A stretch of 64,000 bases of DNA, taken from positions 704,001 to 768,000 of the forward strand of contig CAWCFX010000001.1 in the NCBI GenBank assembly GCA_963795085.1, read 5' to 3'. Below are positions 41,375-51,659 of the stretch, piece after piece. The DNA comes from an uncultured Gemmatimonadales bacterium (GTDB lineage Bacteria; Gemmatimonadota; Gemmatimonadetes; Gemmatimonadales; GWC2-71-9). The notes below the pieces were generated by a model that was given only the letters and a program-made list of their open reading frames with translations, did not search any database and had not been told where the DNA came from. Within the stretch, counting starts at the first letter, position 1, and every line of letters starts with the position of its first letter. Made by a program: the position numbers and the translations under genes.

Positions 41375-41521
41375 GGGACAGCAAGCTGCCGTGTGTGTGT
41401 TTCTCCGGCCCGGATCCCGAGTTCGGTGCCGTCGCTTCCCTGGTTTCGCAGCCGGTTAGTATTCTTCGGTTTCCGGCGGCCGTGTGTCGCTTTACACCAT
41501 TCCTCTTGGCTCCAGGATCCC

Positions 41522-43012
41522 ATGCGTTTCTCGCCCAAAGCTCTGGCGATCGCGGCGTGCGCGCTGGCCGGCGGTTTTCTCCTGCTCGCCATTCCGGCCC
41601 GGGAGCCGGAGGTGCCCGGCGCCACCGGCGCCTCGGGGTTCACCTGGAACCGGGACCAGTACTGGCCGACGCTGGAGCGGGCCTTTGAGGCCGCCCGGAA
41701 TGAAGGCTGTCCCTCGGGCGAAGCGACCGCGCGGGCCCGCGTGGCATCGCTGGAGCGGTGGGCCCTCCGGCTCCGCAGCGGACGCCTCGAGGCCGAGGCC
41801 CCGATGCTGGACTCCCTGGGGCTCACGTTTTTTGAGCTGGGGCCTCACGTCGCGGCCTGCCCCTACCAGGTCCAGGAATACATTCTCCTGTCCAGCCGGC
41901 TCCGGGAGGCAATCAAGATCCAGTCTCGCCAGTGGGACCTTGCCGACCGGGAGGTTCGGGCCACGCTCTACCGCAGCCTCTACGGCATGCGCGCCGCCGT
42001 CGAGGAGGTGATGCTCCATCACTCCGAGGGCCTGCCCTCGCTGCTGGTGGGGCGGGAGGAGCCGTCGCAGACGCCCTCCGCCATGGTCCACGGGGTCCGG
42101 GTCCACTCCGGGGACATCCTGGTGTCCCGGGGCGGCTATCCCACGTCGGCCCTGATTGCCCGGGGCAGCGATTTTCCGGGCAATTTCTCCCACATCGCCC
42201 TGGTGCACGTGGACAGCGCCGGAACCGCGTCCAGCATCGAGGCCCATATCGAACAGGGCGTTGCCGTGGCCAGCGCGGCCGAGTACCTGGCCGACAAGAA
42301 GCTCCGGATCATGGTGCTCCGGCCCCGGGCGGATCTGCCGGCCATGGTGGCCGATCCACTGCTGCCCCACCGGGCTGCCTCCCGTGCCCTGGCCCGGGCC
42401 CGCTCCGAGAAGATTCCCTACGATTTCGCCATGAACTACCGTGATCCGGGGGAACTCTTCTGTTCCGAGGTCGCGTCCTCCGCCTATGGCCCCCTGGGTA
42501 TCAATCTCTGGATGGGTATCTCCACGATTTCCAATCCAGGCCTGCGCCGGTGGCTCGCGTCTTTCGGGGTCGAGAACTTCGAAACCCAGGAGCCGTCGGA
42601 TCTCGAGTACGATCCCCAGCTGGTCGTGGTGGCTGAATGGCGGGATACCGGCGCGCTGCTGGCGGACCACGTGGACAACGCGGTGATTGACGTCATGCTG
42701 GAAGGGGCGGAGCGGGGCGAAGCCATCGACTATCCCTGGTATCAGCTCCCGATGGTCCGGATCGCCAAGGCCTGGAGCTGGGTGGTCAACCGCTTCGGCG
42801 GTATCGGACCGGTACCTGAAGGCATGTCTGCCATGGCGGCGGTGCGCAGCCGCGCGTTTTCCACCCGCCAGCGCGTACTGGCAGCGGCGGTGCGGGATAC
42901 CGCCGGGAGGCTTGAACGGAAACTGGGGTACCCCCCACCTTACTGGAGGCTGGTGGACCTGGCCCGGGAAGCCGCCGGGGACCAAGCCGGCCTTTCCTTC
43001 ACCCGGGATTGA
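41522..43012 (+). CDS. YiiX/YebB-like permuted NlpC/P60 cysteine hydrolase, membrane-anchored or secreted
   Basis: Motifs GDILVSRG, FSHIAL (His), PYDF and LFCSEV (Cys); N-terminal hydrophobic segment. Confidence 0.82.
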   Translation: MRFSPKALAIAACALAGGFLLLAIPAREPEVPGATGASGFTWNRDQYWPTLERAFEAARNEGCPSGEATARARVASLERWALRLRSGRLEAEAPMLDSLGLTFFELGPHVAACPYQVQEYILLSSRLREAIKIQSRQWDLADREVRATLYRSLYGMRAAVEEVMLHHSEGLPSLLVGREEPSQTPSAMVHGVRVHSGDILVSRGGYPTSALIARGSDFPGNFSHIALVHVDSAGTASSIEAHIEQGVAVASAAEYLADKKLRIMVLRPRADLPAMVADPLLPHRAASRALARARSEKIPYDFAMNYRDPGELFCSEVASSAYGPLGINLWMGISTISNPGLRRWLASFGVENFETQEPSDLEYDPQLVVVAEWRDTGALLADHVDNAVIDVMLEGAERGEAIDYPWYQLPMVRIAKAWSWVVNRFGGIGPVPEGMSAMAAVRSRAFSTRQRVLAAAVRDTAGRLERKLGYPPPYWRLVDLAREAAGDQAGLSFTRD

Positions 43013-43016
43013 TGCC

Positions 43017-43520
43017 ATGCGAGTTCTCATGCTGACCCTGCTCGCCGCGGCCACCGTGGCGGGTTGCAAAGACAAGCCGGCGGCCGACGCCCCGGCGGAT
43101 GCCGATACACTGCCCTCCAACGTGGGCCCGGCGGCCCCCATGGCAATTACCGATCGCGACTGGACGCTGGTCGAACTGGGGGATAACACGGCGCCGATGG
43201 GGAACGGGGACCGACCGGTCACGCTGCGGCTGGTATCGGCGAATGGAACGGCGGGCGGCTTTGCCGGCTGCAACCGTTACAACGGCCCTTACACGCTGGA
43301 GGGGAACCGCCTCACCTTCGGGCCCGCCATCTCCACCAAGATGGGGTGCCAGCAGGGCATGGACGTGGAGGTGAGTTATCTCGGCATGCTGCCGCAGGTC
43401 ACGAACTACGAAGTCACCAGTTCGGCCCTGGTGCTGGTGGGAGGATCGGGTCCCCTGGCCAGGTTTGCCAGCGGGCCGGGGGCGGATGGCAGCCCCGGTC
43501 AGGGCAGTTCGAGCCAATAG
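43017..43520 (+). CDS. META-domain (HslJ-like) lipoprotein
   Basis: Lipobox VAGC; motifs WTLVEL, GFAGCNRY and STKMGC. Confidence 0.9.
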   Translation: MRVLMLTLLAAATVAGCKDKPAADAPADADTLPSNVGPAAPMAITDRDWTLVELGDNTAPMGNGDRPVTLRLVSANGTAGGFAGCNRYNGPYTLEGNRLTFGPAISTKMGCQQGMDVEVSYLGMLPQVTNYEVTSSALVLVGGSGPLARFASGPGADGSPGQGSSSQ

Positions 43521-43601
43521 ATCTCCGGGACGACCCGCGTGAGGTGCAGGGTGACGATCTGGCGCCGGGTCGCAGCCCTGGGGATCCTGTGAGCGCGCGA
43601 T

Positions 43602-46394
43602 TTATTCGGTTGCTTCTCCCTTGAGGAACATCCGGAGCACTCGCGGCAGAATGCCACCGTGCCGGTAGTAATCCAGTTCGACCGGTGAATTGAGCCGCAC
43701 AATCGCGTCGAAGGTGGTTGCCTTGCCGGCGGCGTCCACCGCTCGGACCTTCACGGTGCCGCCCGGGGTCAATCCGTCCTTGATGCCGGTGATCTCGATG
43801 GTCTCCTCCCCCGTGAGCCCGAGGGAACTCCGGGTGACCCCTTCGGGGTACCCCAGCGGCAGTACCCCCATCCCGACAAGGTTGCTGCGGTGAATGCGCT
43901 CGTAGCTGGCGGCAATCACCGCCTTTACCCCTTGCAGGAGGGTTCCCTTGGCGGCCCAGTCCCGGCTGGATCCGGTGCCGTATTCCTTCCCCACCAGGAG
44001 CACCAGCGGGGTCTTCTCCGACTTGTACCGCATGGCGGCATCGTAGATCGAGAGAACCTCGCCGGTGGGAAAGTGGACTGTCCAGTTTCCTTCCTTTCCG
44101 GGAACCAGCGCGTTCCGGATCCGCACGTTGCCGAACGTGCCCCGCATCATGACTTCGTGGTTGCCCCGGCGGGAGCCGAAGGTGTTCCAGTCCACCGGGT
44201 CCACGCCGTGCTCCAGCAGGTAGCGTCCGGCCGGCCCGTTCCGGGGAATGGCGCCGGCGGGGGAGATGTGGTCGGTGGTGACGGAATCGCCCAGCACGGC
44301 CAGCACCCGGGCCCCGAGGATATCCTGCAGCGGCCCGGGCTCCGCGGGCAGGTCCTGGAAGAACGGCGGCTCCTGGACATAGGTGGAAGCCGGGTCCCAT
44401 GCGTAGCGGCTTCCCTGCGGCACCTTGAGCTCCTGCCAGCTTTCATCACCCTCGAAGACCATGGCGTAGCGGGTGCGGAACAGTTCCGGTTTGAGGGAAT
44501 TGGCCATGGCGACCTGGATCTCCTCCGCGCTGGGCCAGATGTCCCGGAGGTAGACGCTGTTGCCGTCTTTGTCTTTCCCCAGGGGCTCGGTGGCGAGATC
44601 GAGGGTGACTCGCCCGGCCAGGGCGTAGGCGACGACCAGCATCGGGGAGGCCAGGTAATTGGCGCGCACCTGGGGGTGAATCCGGGCCTCGAAGTTCCGG
44701 TTACCGGAGAGGACTGCGGCGGTCACCAGGTGGTGCTGTTCGATGATGCCGGCGACGGGATCGGGGAGCGGTCCGCTGTTGCCGATGCAGGTGGTGCAGC
44801 CATAGCCCACCACCTGGAAGCGGAGCTTGTCCAGGTAGGGGAGCAAGCCGGAGGCGACCAGATAGTCGGTCACCACCCGGGACCCTGGTGCCATGCTGGT
44901 CTTGACCCAGGGCTTGGAACTCAGGCCCCGTTCGCAGGCCTTCTTGGCCAGCAGGCCGGCGCCGATCATGACCGAGGGGTTGGAGGTGTTGGTGCAGCTG
45001 GTGATCGCCGCGATCACCACCGAACCGTCGTTCAACTCGAACTCCTGGCCCTCGTACTGGCCCGGCACCCCCTGGACGGGGACCTCGGCGCCCGCCGCCG
45101 TGGTCGCGCCGCCGCCCTCGCCCATCCACCGGGAGTACGCCTCCTTGGCGACGTGGCGCCGGGCGTCCGGCGTATTCGCGCTCATGAGGTCGGGGAGGCT
45201 GACGTAGAAGTTCCGTTTCAGCTCGGTCATGGGGACCAGGTCCTGGGGCCGCTTGGGACCGGCCAGGCTGGGGACCACGGTGGACAGGTCCAGCGTCACC
45301 GTGCTGGTGTATTCCGGGTCGGGGGTATCGTCAGTGCGGAACAGCATCTGTTCCTTGCAGTACCGCTCGACCCGGCTGACCACCGCCTTGTCCCGCCCGG
45401 TCCGCTCGAGGTAGCGCAGGGTTTCCCCGTCCACCGGGAAGAATCCCATGGTGGCCCCGTACTCGGGCGACATATTGGCGATGGTGGCCCGGTCGGCCAG
45501 GCTCAAACTGGAGAGTCCCGGTCCGTAGAACTCGACGAACTTGTCGACGACACCCTTCTTCCGGAGCATCTGGGTCGCCGTGAGCACCACGTCGGTAGCG
45601 GTGGTCCCGACGGGCATGGCGCCGACAACCTTCATGCCCACCACCTCAGGAATCAGCATGAAATAGGGCTGGCCCAGCATGACCGCCTCGGCCTCGATGC
45701 CCCCGACGCCCCACCCCAGGACCCCGAGTCCGTTGATCATGGTGGTATGCGAATCGGTGCCCACCAGGGTGTCGGGGAAGGCGGTCAGCACCCCCTGCTG
45801 GGGCCGCAGCTGGACGACTTTGGCGAGGTACTCCAGGTTTACCTGGTGCACGATGCCGGTGCCGGGAGGCACCACGCTGAAATTCTCGAAGGCATGCTGG
45901 GCGAACTTGAGAAGCTGGTAGCGCTCCTTGTTGCGGGCCAGTTCCAGTTCGACGTTGAGGGCGAAGGCCTTGTGAGTCCCGTAATAGTCCACCTGCACGG
46001 AGTGATCGATGACCAGGTCAGAGGGGACCACGGGATTGATTTTGAGGGGGTCGCCCTTCATCCGTGCCATGGCGTCCCGCATGGCCGCGAGGTCCACGAC
46101 GCACGGCACCCCGGTGAAATCCTGGAGCACCACCCGGGCGGGCATGAACGGGATCTCCTCGGGGCTGCCGCTGCCCGGCTGCCAGCTGGCCAGCGCTTCG
46201 ACGTGCTCCCGGGTGACGATACCGCGGCCCAGGTACCGGAGGGCGTTTTCCGTCAGCACCCGCAACGAGAAGGGCAGCTTGTCCGGCTGGCCCACCCCCT
46301 GCCGGGCCAGCGCGTCGAGCCGGAAGATGACCGCGGATTCACCGCCGAGGTCGAGAGTTGAGCGAGCACCGAGGGGATTCTGGTCAGCAGCCAT
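43602..46394 (-). CDS. acnA: Aconitate hydratase A
   Basis: Motifs QDFTGVP, DHSVQVD, DSHT, ITSCTNTSN, GCTTCIGN, TTDHISPAG and GSSRDWAAKG. Confidence 0.97.
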   Translation of the reverse strand: MAADQNPLGARSTLDLGGESAVIFRLDALARQGVGQPDKLPFSLRVLTENALRYLGRGIVTREHVEALASWQPGSGSPEEIPFMPARVVLQDFTGVPCVVDLAAMRDAMARMKGDPLKINPVVPSDLVIDHSVQVDYYGTHKAFALNVELELARNKERYQLLKFAQHAFENFSVVPPGTGIVHQVNLEYLAKVVQLRPQQGVLTAFPDTLVGTDSHTTMINGLGVLGWGVGGIEAEAVMLGQPYFMLIPEVVGMKVVGAMPVGTTATDVVLTATQMLRKKGVVDKFVEFYGPGLSSLSLADRATIANMSPEYGATMGFFPVDGETLRYLERTGRDKAVVSRVERYCKEQMLFRTDDTPDPEYTSTVTLDLSTVVPSLAGPKRPQDLVPMTELKRNFYVSLPDLMSANTPDARRHVAKEAYSRWMGEGGGATTAAGAEVPVQGVPGQYEGQEFELNDGSVVIAAITSCTNTSNPSVMIGAGLLAKKACERGLSSKPWVKTSMAPGSRVVTDYLVASGLLPYLDKLRFQVVGYGCTTCIGNSGPLPDPVAGIIEQHHLVTAAVLSGNRNFEARIHPQVRANYLASPMLVVAYALAGRVTLDLATEPLGKDKDGNSVYLRDIWPSAEEIQVAMANSLKPELFRTRYAMVFEGDESWQELKVPQGSRYAWDPASTYVQEPPFFQDLPAEPGPLQDILGARVLAVLGDSVTTDHISPAGAIPRNGPAGRYLLEHGVDPVDWNTFGSRRGNHEVMMRGTFGNVRIRNALVPGKEGNWTVHFPTGEVLSIYDAAMRYKSEKTPLVLLVGKEYGTGSSRDWAAKGTLLQGVKAVIAASYERIHRSNLVGMGVLPLGYPEGVTRSSLGLTGEETIEITGIKDGLTPGGTVKVRAVDAAGKATTFDAIVRLNSPVELDYYRHGGILPRVLRMFLKGEATE

Positions 46395-46499
46395 GGTCAC
46401 AGAGGGTAAGTGGATAGTACAATTATACATGCGTCTCCCGGATCTGGCAGGCTGGAATGCTCCGGCGCCCTCTTGGCCGGGCTCCCGGCATTGCTCCCG

Positions 46500-46814
46500 A
46501 TGATGCCCTTCGCCATCAACCGCTCGGACGCCGGGTTGCTGATCGAGTGGGACCAGGCGGGGCACCAGGGGTTTTTCCCGGCTCGGAATCTGCGCCTCGC
46601 CTGTCCCTGTGCCGCCTGCGTAGAGGAAATGACCGGGCGCCCCATGCTGGACCCGGCGATGGTACCTGACAACGTCCAGCCGGTTTCGCTGGCACTGGTG
46701 GGAGCCTATGGCCTGCGGGTGGCGTGGAGCGATGGCCACGGGACCGGGATCTACACCTTTGACTGGCTCCGATCCCGTTGTCCCTGTGACACTTGCCGAG
46801 GGATCGGTCCCTAG
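46500..46814 (+). CDS. DUF971 / gamma-butyrobetaine hydroxylase-like N-terminal domain protein
   Basis: Motifs LRLACPCAAC, VGAYGL and WSDGHGTGIY. Confidence 0.88.
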   Translation: MMPFAINRSDAGLLIEWDQAGHQGFFPARNLRLACPCAACVEEMTGRPMLDPAMVPDNVQPVSLALVGAYGLRVAWSDGHGTGIYTFDWLRSRCPCDTCRGIGP

Positions 46815-46920
46815 CGGAGCGCCGGATTCGGGGTACCTTCAAGCGGCTCGCATTTCCCGATGGGATCGATAGCTTAGTTTCCGGCAGGCCACCCAGGCCA
46901 ATAACCGGCGGGGCTTTCGC

Positions 46921-47229
46921 ATGGTCTTTGGACGGCAATACTGGATCTGGATCTGGTACGGCATCTTTGTGCTGGGGATGCTGGGGCTGGTCGCTTCCAT
47001 TTACTGGGGCCGGCGGACCCATTTCCGGAACCTCGAGGAATTGTTCCGGGCCATCGGCACCATTCTGGTGTCGCTGGGCATGGTGCTGCTCCTGCGCCAG
47101 ATCTGGTCCCTGCTGGGGCAGGTGCTGCTGCTGGTGGCGCTGTGCTGCTTCGTTGCCGCTTTTGTGCTGGGGCGCCGGGCCGAGCGGGCGCGGGCCGAAC
47201 GGCACTCCGGGGCTCACGATGAAGTCTGA
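46921..47229 (+). CDS. Small membrane protein
   Basis: Three hydrophobic helices; coding-like codon usage. Confidence 0.7.
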   Translation: MVFGRQYWIWIWYGIFVLGMLGLVASIYWGRRTHFRNLEELFRAIGTILVSLGMVLLLRQIWSLLGQVLLLVALCCFVAAFVLGRRAERARAERHSGAHDEV

Positions 47230-47309
47230 CGGACTGGCCCCTGATCCGGTATCGCACTATCGTTGAGGAATCTGACGGGCGGCGCCCACTGGATGGAAGG
47301 GTTTCTGGA

Positions 47310-47810
47310 ATGGTGCAGAGCGAACACAACTGGCTGGGTGAGGGTAGCACCGTTGGTGTCATCGGTGCCCTGACCGTCGCGGGATGGTTCCTGCTGCTGG
47401 ATCTCATGGCCGGGCGCCCGTTTTTTACCCCGAGCGTGCTTGGGCAGGTCGTGCTGTTCGGGCGTGATACCCCCGACCTGGCCCCCCTCCCGGAAGCAAT
47501 TGCCCTGTACAGCTTCGTCCACTTCGCCGCCTTCATCGCACTGGGCGTCCTGGTGACCCAACTGGTGCATCTCGCGGTCCGGGACGCCTTTTTCCGCTTT
47601 GCGCTGCTCCTGCTCTTCGTGGTTTTCGAGGTCTTTTTCTACGGATTTACCTACGTGGTCTTCGAAGGCACCCGGGGCGTGTTCCCCTGGTGGTCCATGC
47701 TCGCCGCCAATACCCTCGCCTCCATCACGATGGGACTCTTCATCTGGATGCGGCATCCCTCGCTGCGGCGATCCCCGGACAACGAGCCGCTGGGCGCGGA
47801 AACGACCTGA
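47310..47810 (+). CDS. Membrane protein, unknown function
   Basis: Four hydrophobic helices; PFFTPSVLG motif. Confidence 0.75.
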   Translation: MVQSEHNWLGEGSTVGVIGALTVAGWFLLLDLMAGRPFFTPSVLGQVVLFGRDTPDLAPLPEAIALYSFVHFAAFIALGVLVTQLVHLAVRDAFFRFALLLLFVVFEVFFYGFTYVVFEGTRGVFPWWSMLAANTLASITMGLFIWMRHPSLRRSPDNEPLGAETT

Positions 47811-47814
47811 GAAG

Positions 47815-47877
47815 AGAGTGCAGAGTGCAGAGTGCAGAGTGCAGAGTGCAGAGTACAGAGCACAGAGTGCAGAGTCC
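47815..47877. repeat. Heptamer tandem repeat (AGAGTGC)x9, three copies degenerate
   Basis: Five exact copies, then AGAGTAC, AGAGCAC, AGAGTGC, AGAGTCC, starting 5 nt after the stop codon. Confidence 0.95.
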
Positions 47878-47885
47878 ACTCACTC

Positions 47886-47909
47886 ACGGCCCTTCCGGGC
47901 CGTTTTTTT
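47886..47909 (+). terminator. Intrinsic terminator
   Basis: ACGGCCC-ttcc-GGGCCGT followed by a T run. Confidence 0.85.
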
Positions 47910-47962
47910 GTTCCCGGGTGAGACGGGGTGGTGAGGAGGTTTCGGGCGATTAGGTTCCACTC

Positions 47963-50533
47963 ATGATTTCGAGAGCCAGGCTGGTAACCGCAGCCCTCCT
48001 GGGGGCGGGGGTCTTCGTCGCCGGCGGGCCCCTGCAGGCCCAGCTGGAGGCACCATCCACCGGGGGCGTCGTCGCGCTGGACCAGGAGTTCCGGATGCTG
48101 GGGCAGCATAAACGGGTGCTCATGATCGGCGCCCATCCGGATGACGAGGACACCGAGTTGCTGACCTACCTGGTCCGGGGTGAGGGGGCGGAGGCCGCCT
48201 ATCTCTCGCTCAACCGGGGGGAAGGGGGCCAGAACCTGATCGGCCCGGAGCTGGGCGAGCCGCTGGGCCTGATCCGCTCCGAGGAGCTGCTGGCGGCCCG
48301 CCGGCTGGACGGCGCCCGGCAATTCTTTACCCGGGCGTACGATTTTGGCTATTCCAAGTCGCTGGAAGAGACCTGGCGATTCTGGCCCCGCGATTCCATC
48401 CTCAAAGATGTGGTCCGCATCGTACGGCAGTTCCAGCCCCAGGTCATCGTTTCCATCTTCAGCGGGACCGAGCGTGACGGTCACGGCCAGCACCAGGCCG
48501 CCGGGTGGGTCGCGCGGGAAGCGTTCCGGCTGGCGGGTGATGCCGCCGCATTCCCGGGTACCGGCCATCCGTGGAGTCCGGCGAAGCTCTACCAGAGCAC
48601 CCGGTTCGATTCGGCCGCCACCACCCTCAGCCTGGAAGGCGGGGAACTGGATCCCGCGGTGGGCCAGACCTTTCGCCAGATCGCGATGCGGGGCCGCAGC
48701 CTGCACCGGTCCCAGGACATGGGGCAGTTGCAGCGAATCGGGTCCTCGGACATCCGGCTGCGGCTGGTGACCGACCGAACCGGCCAGGGCGATCACGCGA
48801 TCTTCTCCGGGATCGACACCGGGTTCGGCGCGCTTCGCTCGGCGGGTGCCGCCGAGCCGCTGGACCGCTACCTCCGCACGATCGACTCACTGCGTGCCGG
48901 CCTCCATACGCCCGGTGAGCCCCCGCTTCGCCTGGTTGACACCGGGCTACGCCGCCTGGACGAGCAGCATCCGGGCCGGGTGGAAATCGCCGACCAGCTG
49001 ACGCACCTGGAGCGGGCGCGGTTCATCGCGACGGGGATGCTGGCGGATGCGGTCGCCGCCGACGACAGGGTGGTCCCCGGGCAGACCGTGGCCGTCACGC
49101 TGAGCGCCTGGAACCCGTCTTCCCAGGCCCGGGTTCTGCGGGTGCGCATCCAGGCGTCCCCGCGGTTTGAGCCCGTTAACCGGGTCGTGGAACTGCGCAT
49201 GGATCCGCGACAGCTGGCGAGCGATACCGTCCGTGTCCGGGTTCGCGAGGACGCGGCACCCACCCAGCCCTACTTCCTGGTTAACCCCCGGGGCAACGGG
49301 GTCTACCAGGTGCCGGATACCTCGCTGGCGGGGCTGCCGTTCGAGCCGCCCGACCTGGTGGCCGTCTTCGCCGAGGGCGATGCCGCGATCGAGCGGGAAG
49401 TCGCCTTCCGGGTCAACGACCAGGCCTTTGGGGAGCGCCGCCGCCCGGTGGTGGTGATGCCCCGCATCGACGTCAAGCTGGATCCCCGGAACGAGGTGTG
49501 GCCCGCCGGCTCGGGTCTCCGGACGTTTACGGTCACGCTTACGCATGGCGCGAGGGATACCACCCGGGGCCGGGTGACCCTCGAGGTGCCCAGTGGCTGG
49601 GCTCCAGCGGCCGCCCAGTCGTTCGAGCTGACGCAGGAGGACGAACGGGAAACGTTCGCGTTCTCGCTCCGCCCCGCTGTGAACCTCCGGGCGGGGTCCT
49701 ATGAGATCCGTGCGGTCGCGACCGATGACCGGGGCCGACGCTACGACCGGGGCGTGTTCACCGTGGACTATCCCCACATCCGCCCCCGCAACTGGGTCCA
49801 GCCGGCGGCGGCCCTCGTCCAGGTGGCGCCGCTGGAAATGGCCCGGCTCCGGCGCGTGGGCTACGTCCGGGGTGCTTCGGACCGGGTGCCGGAAGCCCTG
49901 GCTAACGTCGGAGTTCCGATCGAGCTGCTGGACCGCGCGGCGCTGGAGCGGGGGGATCTCGCGGGCTACGACGCCATCGTGATCGGGTCGCGGGCCTACG
50001 AGACCGATTCCGCATTGGTGGAGAACAATGGCCGGCTGCTGGCGTACGTCAGGAACGGCGGGCTGGTCATCGTGCAGTACCAGCAACACGCTTTTTTCCG
50101 GGGCGGATTCGCGCCGCTCCCGATGACGGTGGGCGGCCAGCCCCTGCAGCTGGAACCGGGAACGTCGCGGCCCGCGGGCCCGCCGGTGAGCCACGACCGG
50201 GTCACCGACGAAACGGCCCCGGTCCGGATCATCACACCCTCGAGCCCGGCGGTGAACCACCCCAATCGCCTGGGTCCCGGGGACTGGGACGGCTGGGTCC
50301 AGGAACGGGGTCTCTATTTCGCCCGCAGCTGGGACCAGGCCTACGCCCCGGTGCTCGAGATAGCAGACCCCGGCGAGGCGCCGCTTACAGGCGGACTGCT
50401 GGTGGCCCGCTATGGCCGGGGGACGTACGTGTACACCGGGCTCAGCTTCTTCCGCGAACTGCCGGCCGGGGTCCCCGGGGCGTTCCGGCTCTTCGCCAAC
50501 CTCCTGGCGCTGGGGGAGCGGAACCTGCCCTAG
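47963..50533 (+). CDS. PIG-L/LmbE-family deacetylase, secreted, with NEW3-like and C-terminal GATase-like domains
   Basis: Signal peptide; motifs AHPDDED, RGEGGQN, DFGYSK, HGQH and WVQERGLYF. Confidence 0.9.
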   Translation: MISRARLVTAALLGAGVFVAGGPLQAQLEAPSTGGVVALDQEFRMLGQHKRVLMIGAHPDDEDTELLTYLVRGEGAEAAYLSLNRGEGGQNLIGPELGEPLGLIRSEELLAARRLDGARQFFTRAYDFGYSKSLEETWRFWPRDSILKDVVRIVRQFQPQVIVSIFSGTERDGHGQHQAAGWVAREAFRLAGDAAAFPGTGHPWSPAKLYQSTRFDSAATTLSLEGGELDPAVGQTFRQIAMRGRSLHRSQDMGQLQRIGSSDIRLRLVTDRTGQGDHAIFSGIDTGFGALRSAGAAEPLDRYLRTIDSLRAGLHTPGEPPLRLVDTGLRRLDEQHPGRVEIADQLTHLERARFIATGMLADAVAADDRVVPGQTVAVTLSAWNPSSQARVLRVRIQASPRFEPVNRVVELRMDPRQLASDTVRVRVREDAAPTQPYFLVNPRGNGVYQVPDTSLAGLPFEPPDLVAVFAEGDAAIEREVAFRVNDQAFGERRRPVVVMPRIDVKLDPRNEVWPAGSGLRTFTVTLTHGARDTTRGRVTLEVPSGWAPAAAQSFELTQEDERETFAFSLRPAVNLRAGSYEIRAVATDDRGRRYDRGVFTVDYPHIRPRNWVQPAAALVQVAPLEMARLRRVGYVRGASDRVPEALANVGVPIELLDRAALERGDLAGYDAIVIGSRAYETDSALVENNGRLLAYVRNGGLVIVQYQQHAFFRGGFAPLPMTVGGQPLQLEPGTSRPAGPPVSHDRVTDETAPVRIITPSSPAVNHPNRLGPGDWDGWVQERGLYFARSWDQAYAPVLEIADPGEAPLTGGLLVARYGRGTYVYTGLSFFRELPAGVPGAFRLFANLLALGERNLP

Positions 50534-50621
50534 GCCTGTGGCCGTTGGTGGTTCGCGAGGGGATGGAAAACCAGGCCTTTCGAACCACGGGCGGTTGGAT
50601 GGATCCGATCACCGGTTACTC

Positions 50622-51659
50622 ATGGCTGACTTGCACGTGGTGAAAATCCCCACATTTCTTCCGCTCCTGCTGCTTGCCGCCTGCGGTTCGGACGGGCGCA
50701 CGCCGGTGACCATGTATTCGCCTCACGGGCGGGACCAGCTGCTCCTGCTGGAGCGGGATTTCGAAGCCGCCAACCCCGATATCGACGTGCGCTGGCTGGA
50801 CATGGGGAGCCAGGAGATCCTCGACCGCATCCGCTTCGAGAAGGTCAATCCCCAGGCTGACATCTGGTTCGGCGGACCCACGACGATCTTTGACCGGGGC
50901 GTGGCGGAGGGACTGTTGCAGCCGTATCGGCCGGAGTGGGCGGCGGTGGTCGATCCCCGCGGCGTGGGTCCCGATGATCTCTACTGGCCGGTGTACCGGA
51001 CCCCCGCCGTCATCGCGTTCAACTCGAAGGCGGTGCCGCCCGACGCCGCGCCTACCGACTGGGACCAGGTGCTGGAACCCCGGTGGAACGACAAGATCCT
51101 GATTCGCGACCCGGTGGCCAGCGGGACCATGCGGGCCATCTGGGGCCTCATCATCCAGCAGCGGATGCGGTTTCCCGGCGACACCGCCCCGGGCATGAGC
51201 TGGCTTCGGCGGCTGGACGGGCAGACCAAGGCCTACACGCTCAATCCCGCCATCCTGGACGAAAAGCTGGCCCGCCAGGAAGGGGTGCTGACTCTATGGG
51301 ACCTCCCGGATATCCTGATCAGCCGGAACAAGGGAATGCCGTTCGACTATACCTTCCCGACCAGCGGCACCGTGGTCATTGACGATGCCATTGCCCTGGT
51401 CCGGGGCAGCCGGTCGCCGGCGGCGGCGCGCCGTTTCATAGACTACGTCGGAGGCGTCCGGGCCCAGCTGATGGCCGCCCGGAGCGTGTTCCGGCTTCCG
51501 GCCCGGCTGGACCTTCCCGCCGACTCGGTCCCGGACTGGGTCGCGGAGGTCGAAGAGGCGATGGTGATCGCCGACGTGGACTGGAAGATGTTGGCGGACG
51601 AAGGTGCCGGGTGGATGGGGTATTGGGACCAGCACGTGCGGAATACCGGAAAACGGTGA
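50622..51659 (+). CDS. ABC transporter substrate-binding lipoprotein (Fe3+/AfuA-like)
   Basis: Lipobox LAAC; motifs NPQADIWFGG and DPVASGT. Start may be 50637 or 50640. Confidence 0.85.
   Translation: MADLHVVKIPTFLPLLLLAACGSDGRTPVTMYSPHGRDQLLLLERDFEAANPDIDVRWLDMGSQEILDRIRFEKVNPQADIWFGGPTTIFDRGVAEGLLQPYRPEWAAVVDPRGVGPDDLYWPVYRTPAVIAFNSKAVPPDAAPTDWDQVLEPRWNDKILIRDPVASGTMRAIWGLIIQQRMRFPGDTAPGMSWLRRLDGQTKAYTLNPAILDEKLARQEGVLTLWDLPDILISRNKGMPFDYTFPTSGTVVIDDAIALVRGSRSPAAARRFIDYVGGVRAQLMAARSVFRLPARLDLPADSVPDWVAEVEEAMVIADVDWKMLADEGAGWMGYWDQHVRNTGKR

Noticed and set aside
40643..41521. N-terminal extension of the 789-aa ORF across the sigma gene, terminator and A/C tract
   Set aside because: It overlaps the sigma factor out of frame and crosses a terminator; ATG 41522 has an SD and a signal-like N-terminus.
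43890..46361. Long antisense ORFs (also 3042-4616, 5806-7569, 29209-31791, 33956-36133, 55872-57632, 62246-63916)
   Set aside because: These are shadow frames of real genes in high-GC DNA with no recognisable motifs.
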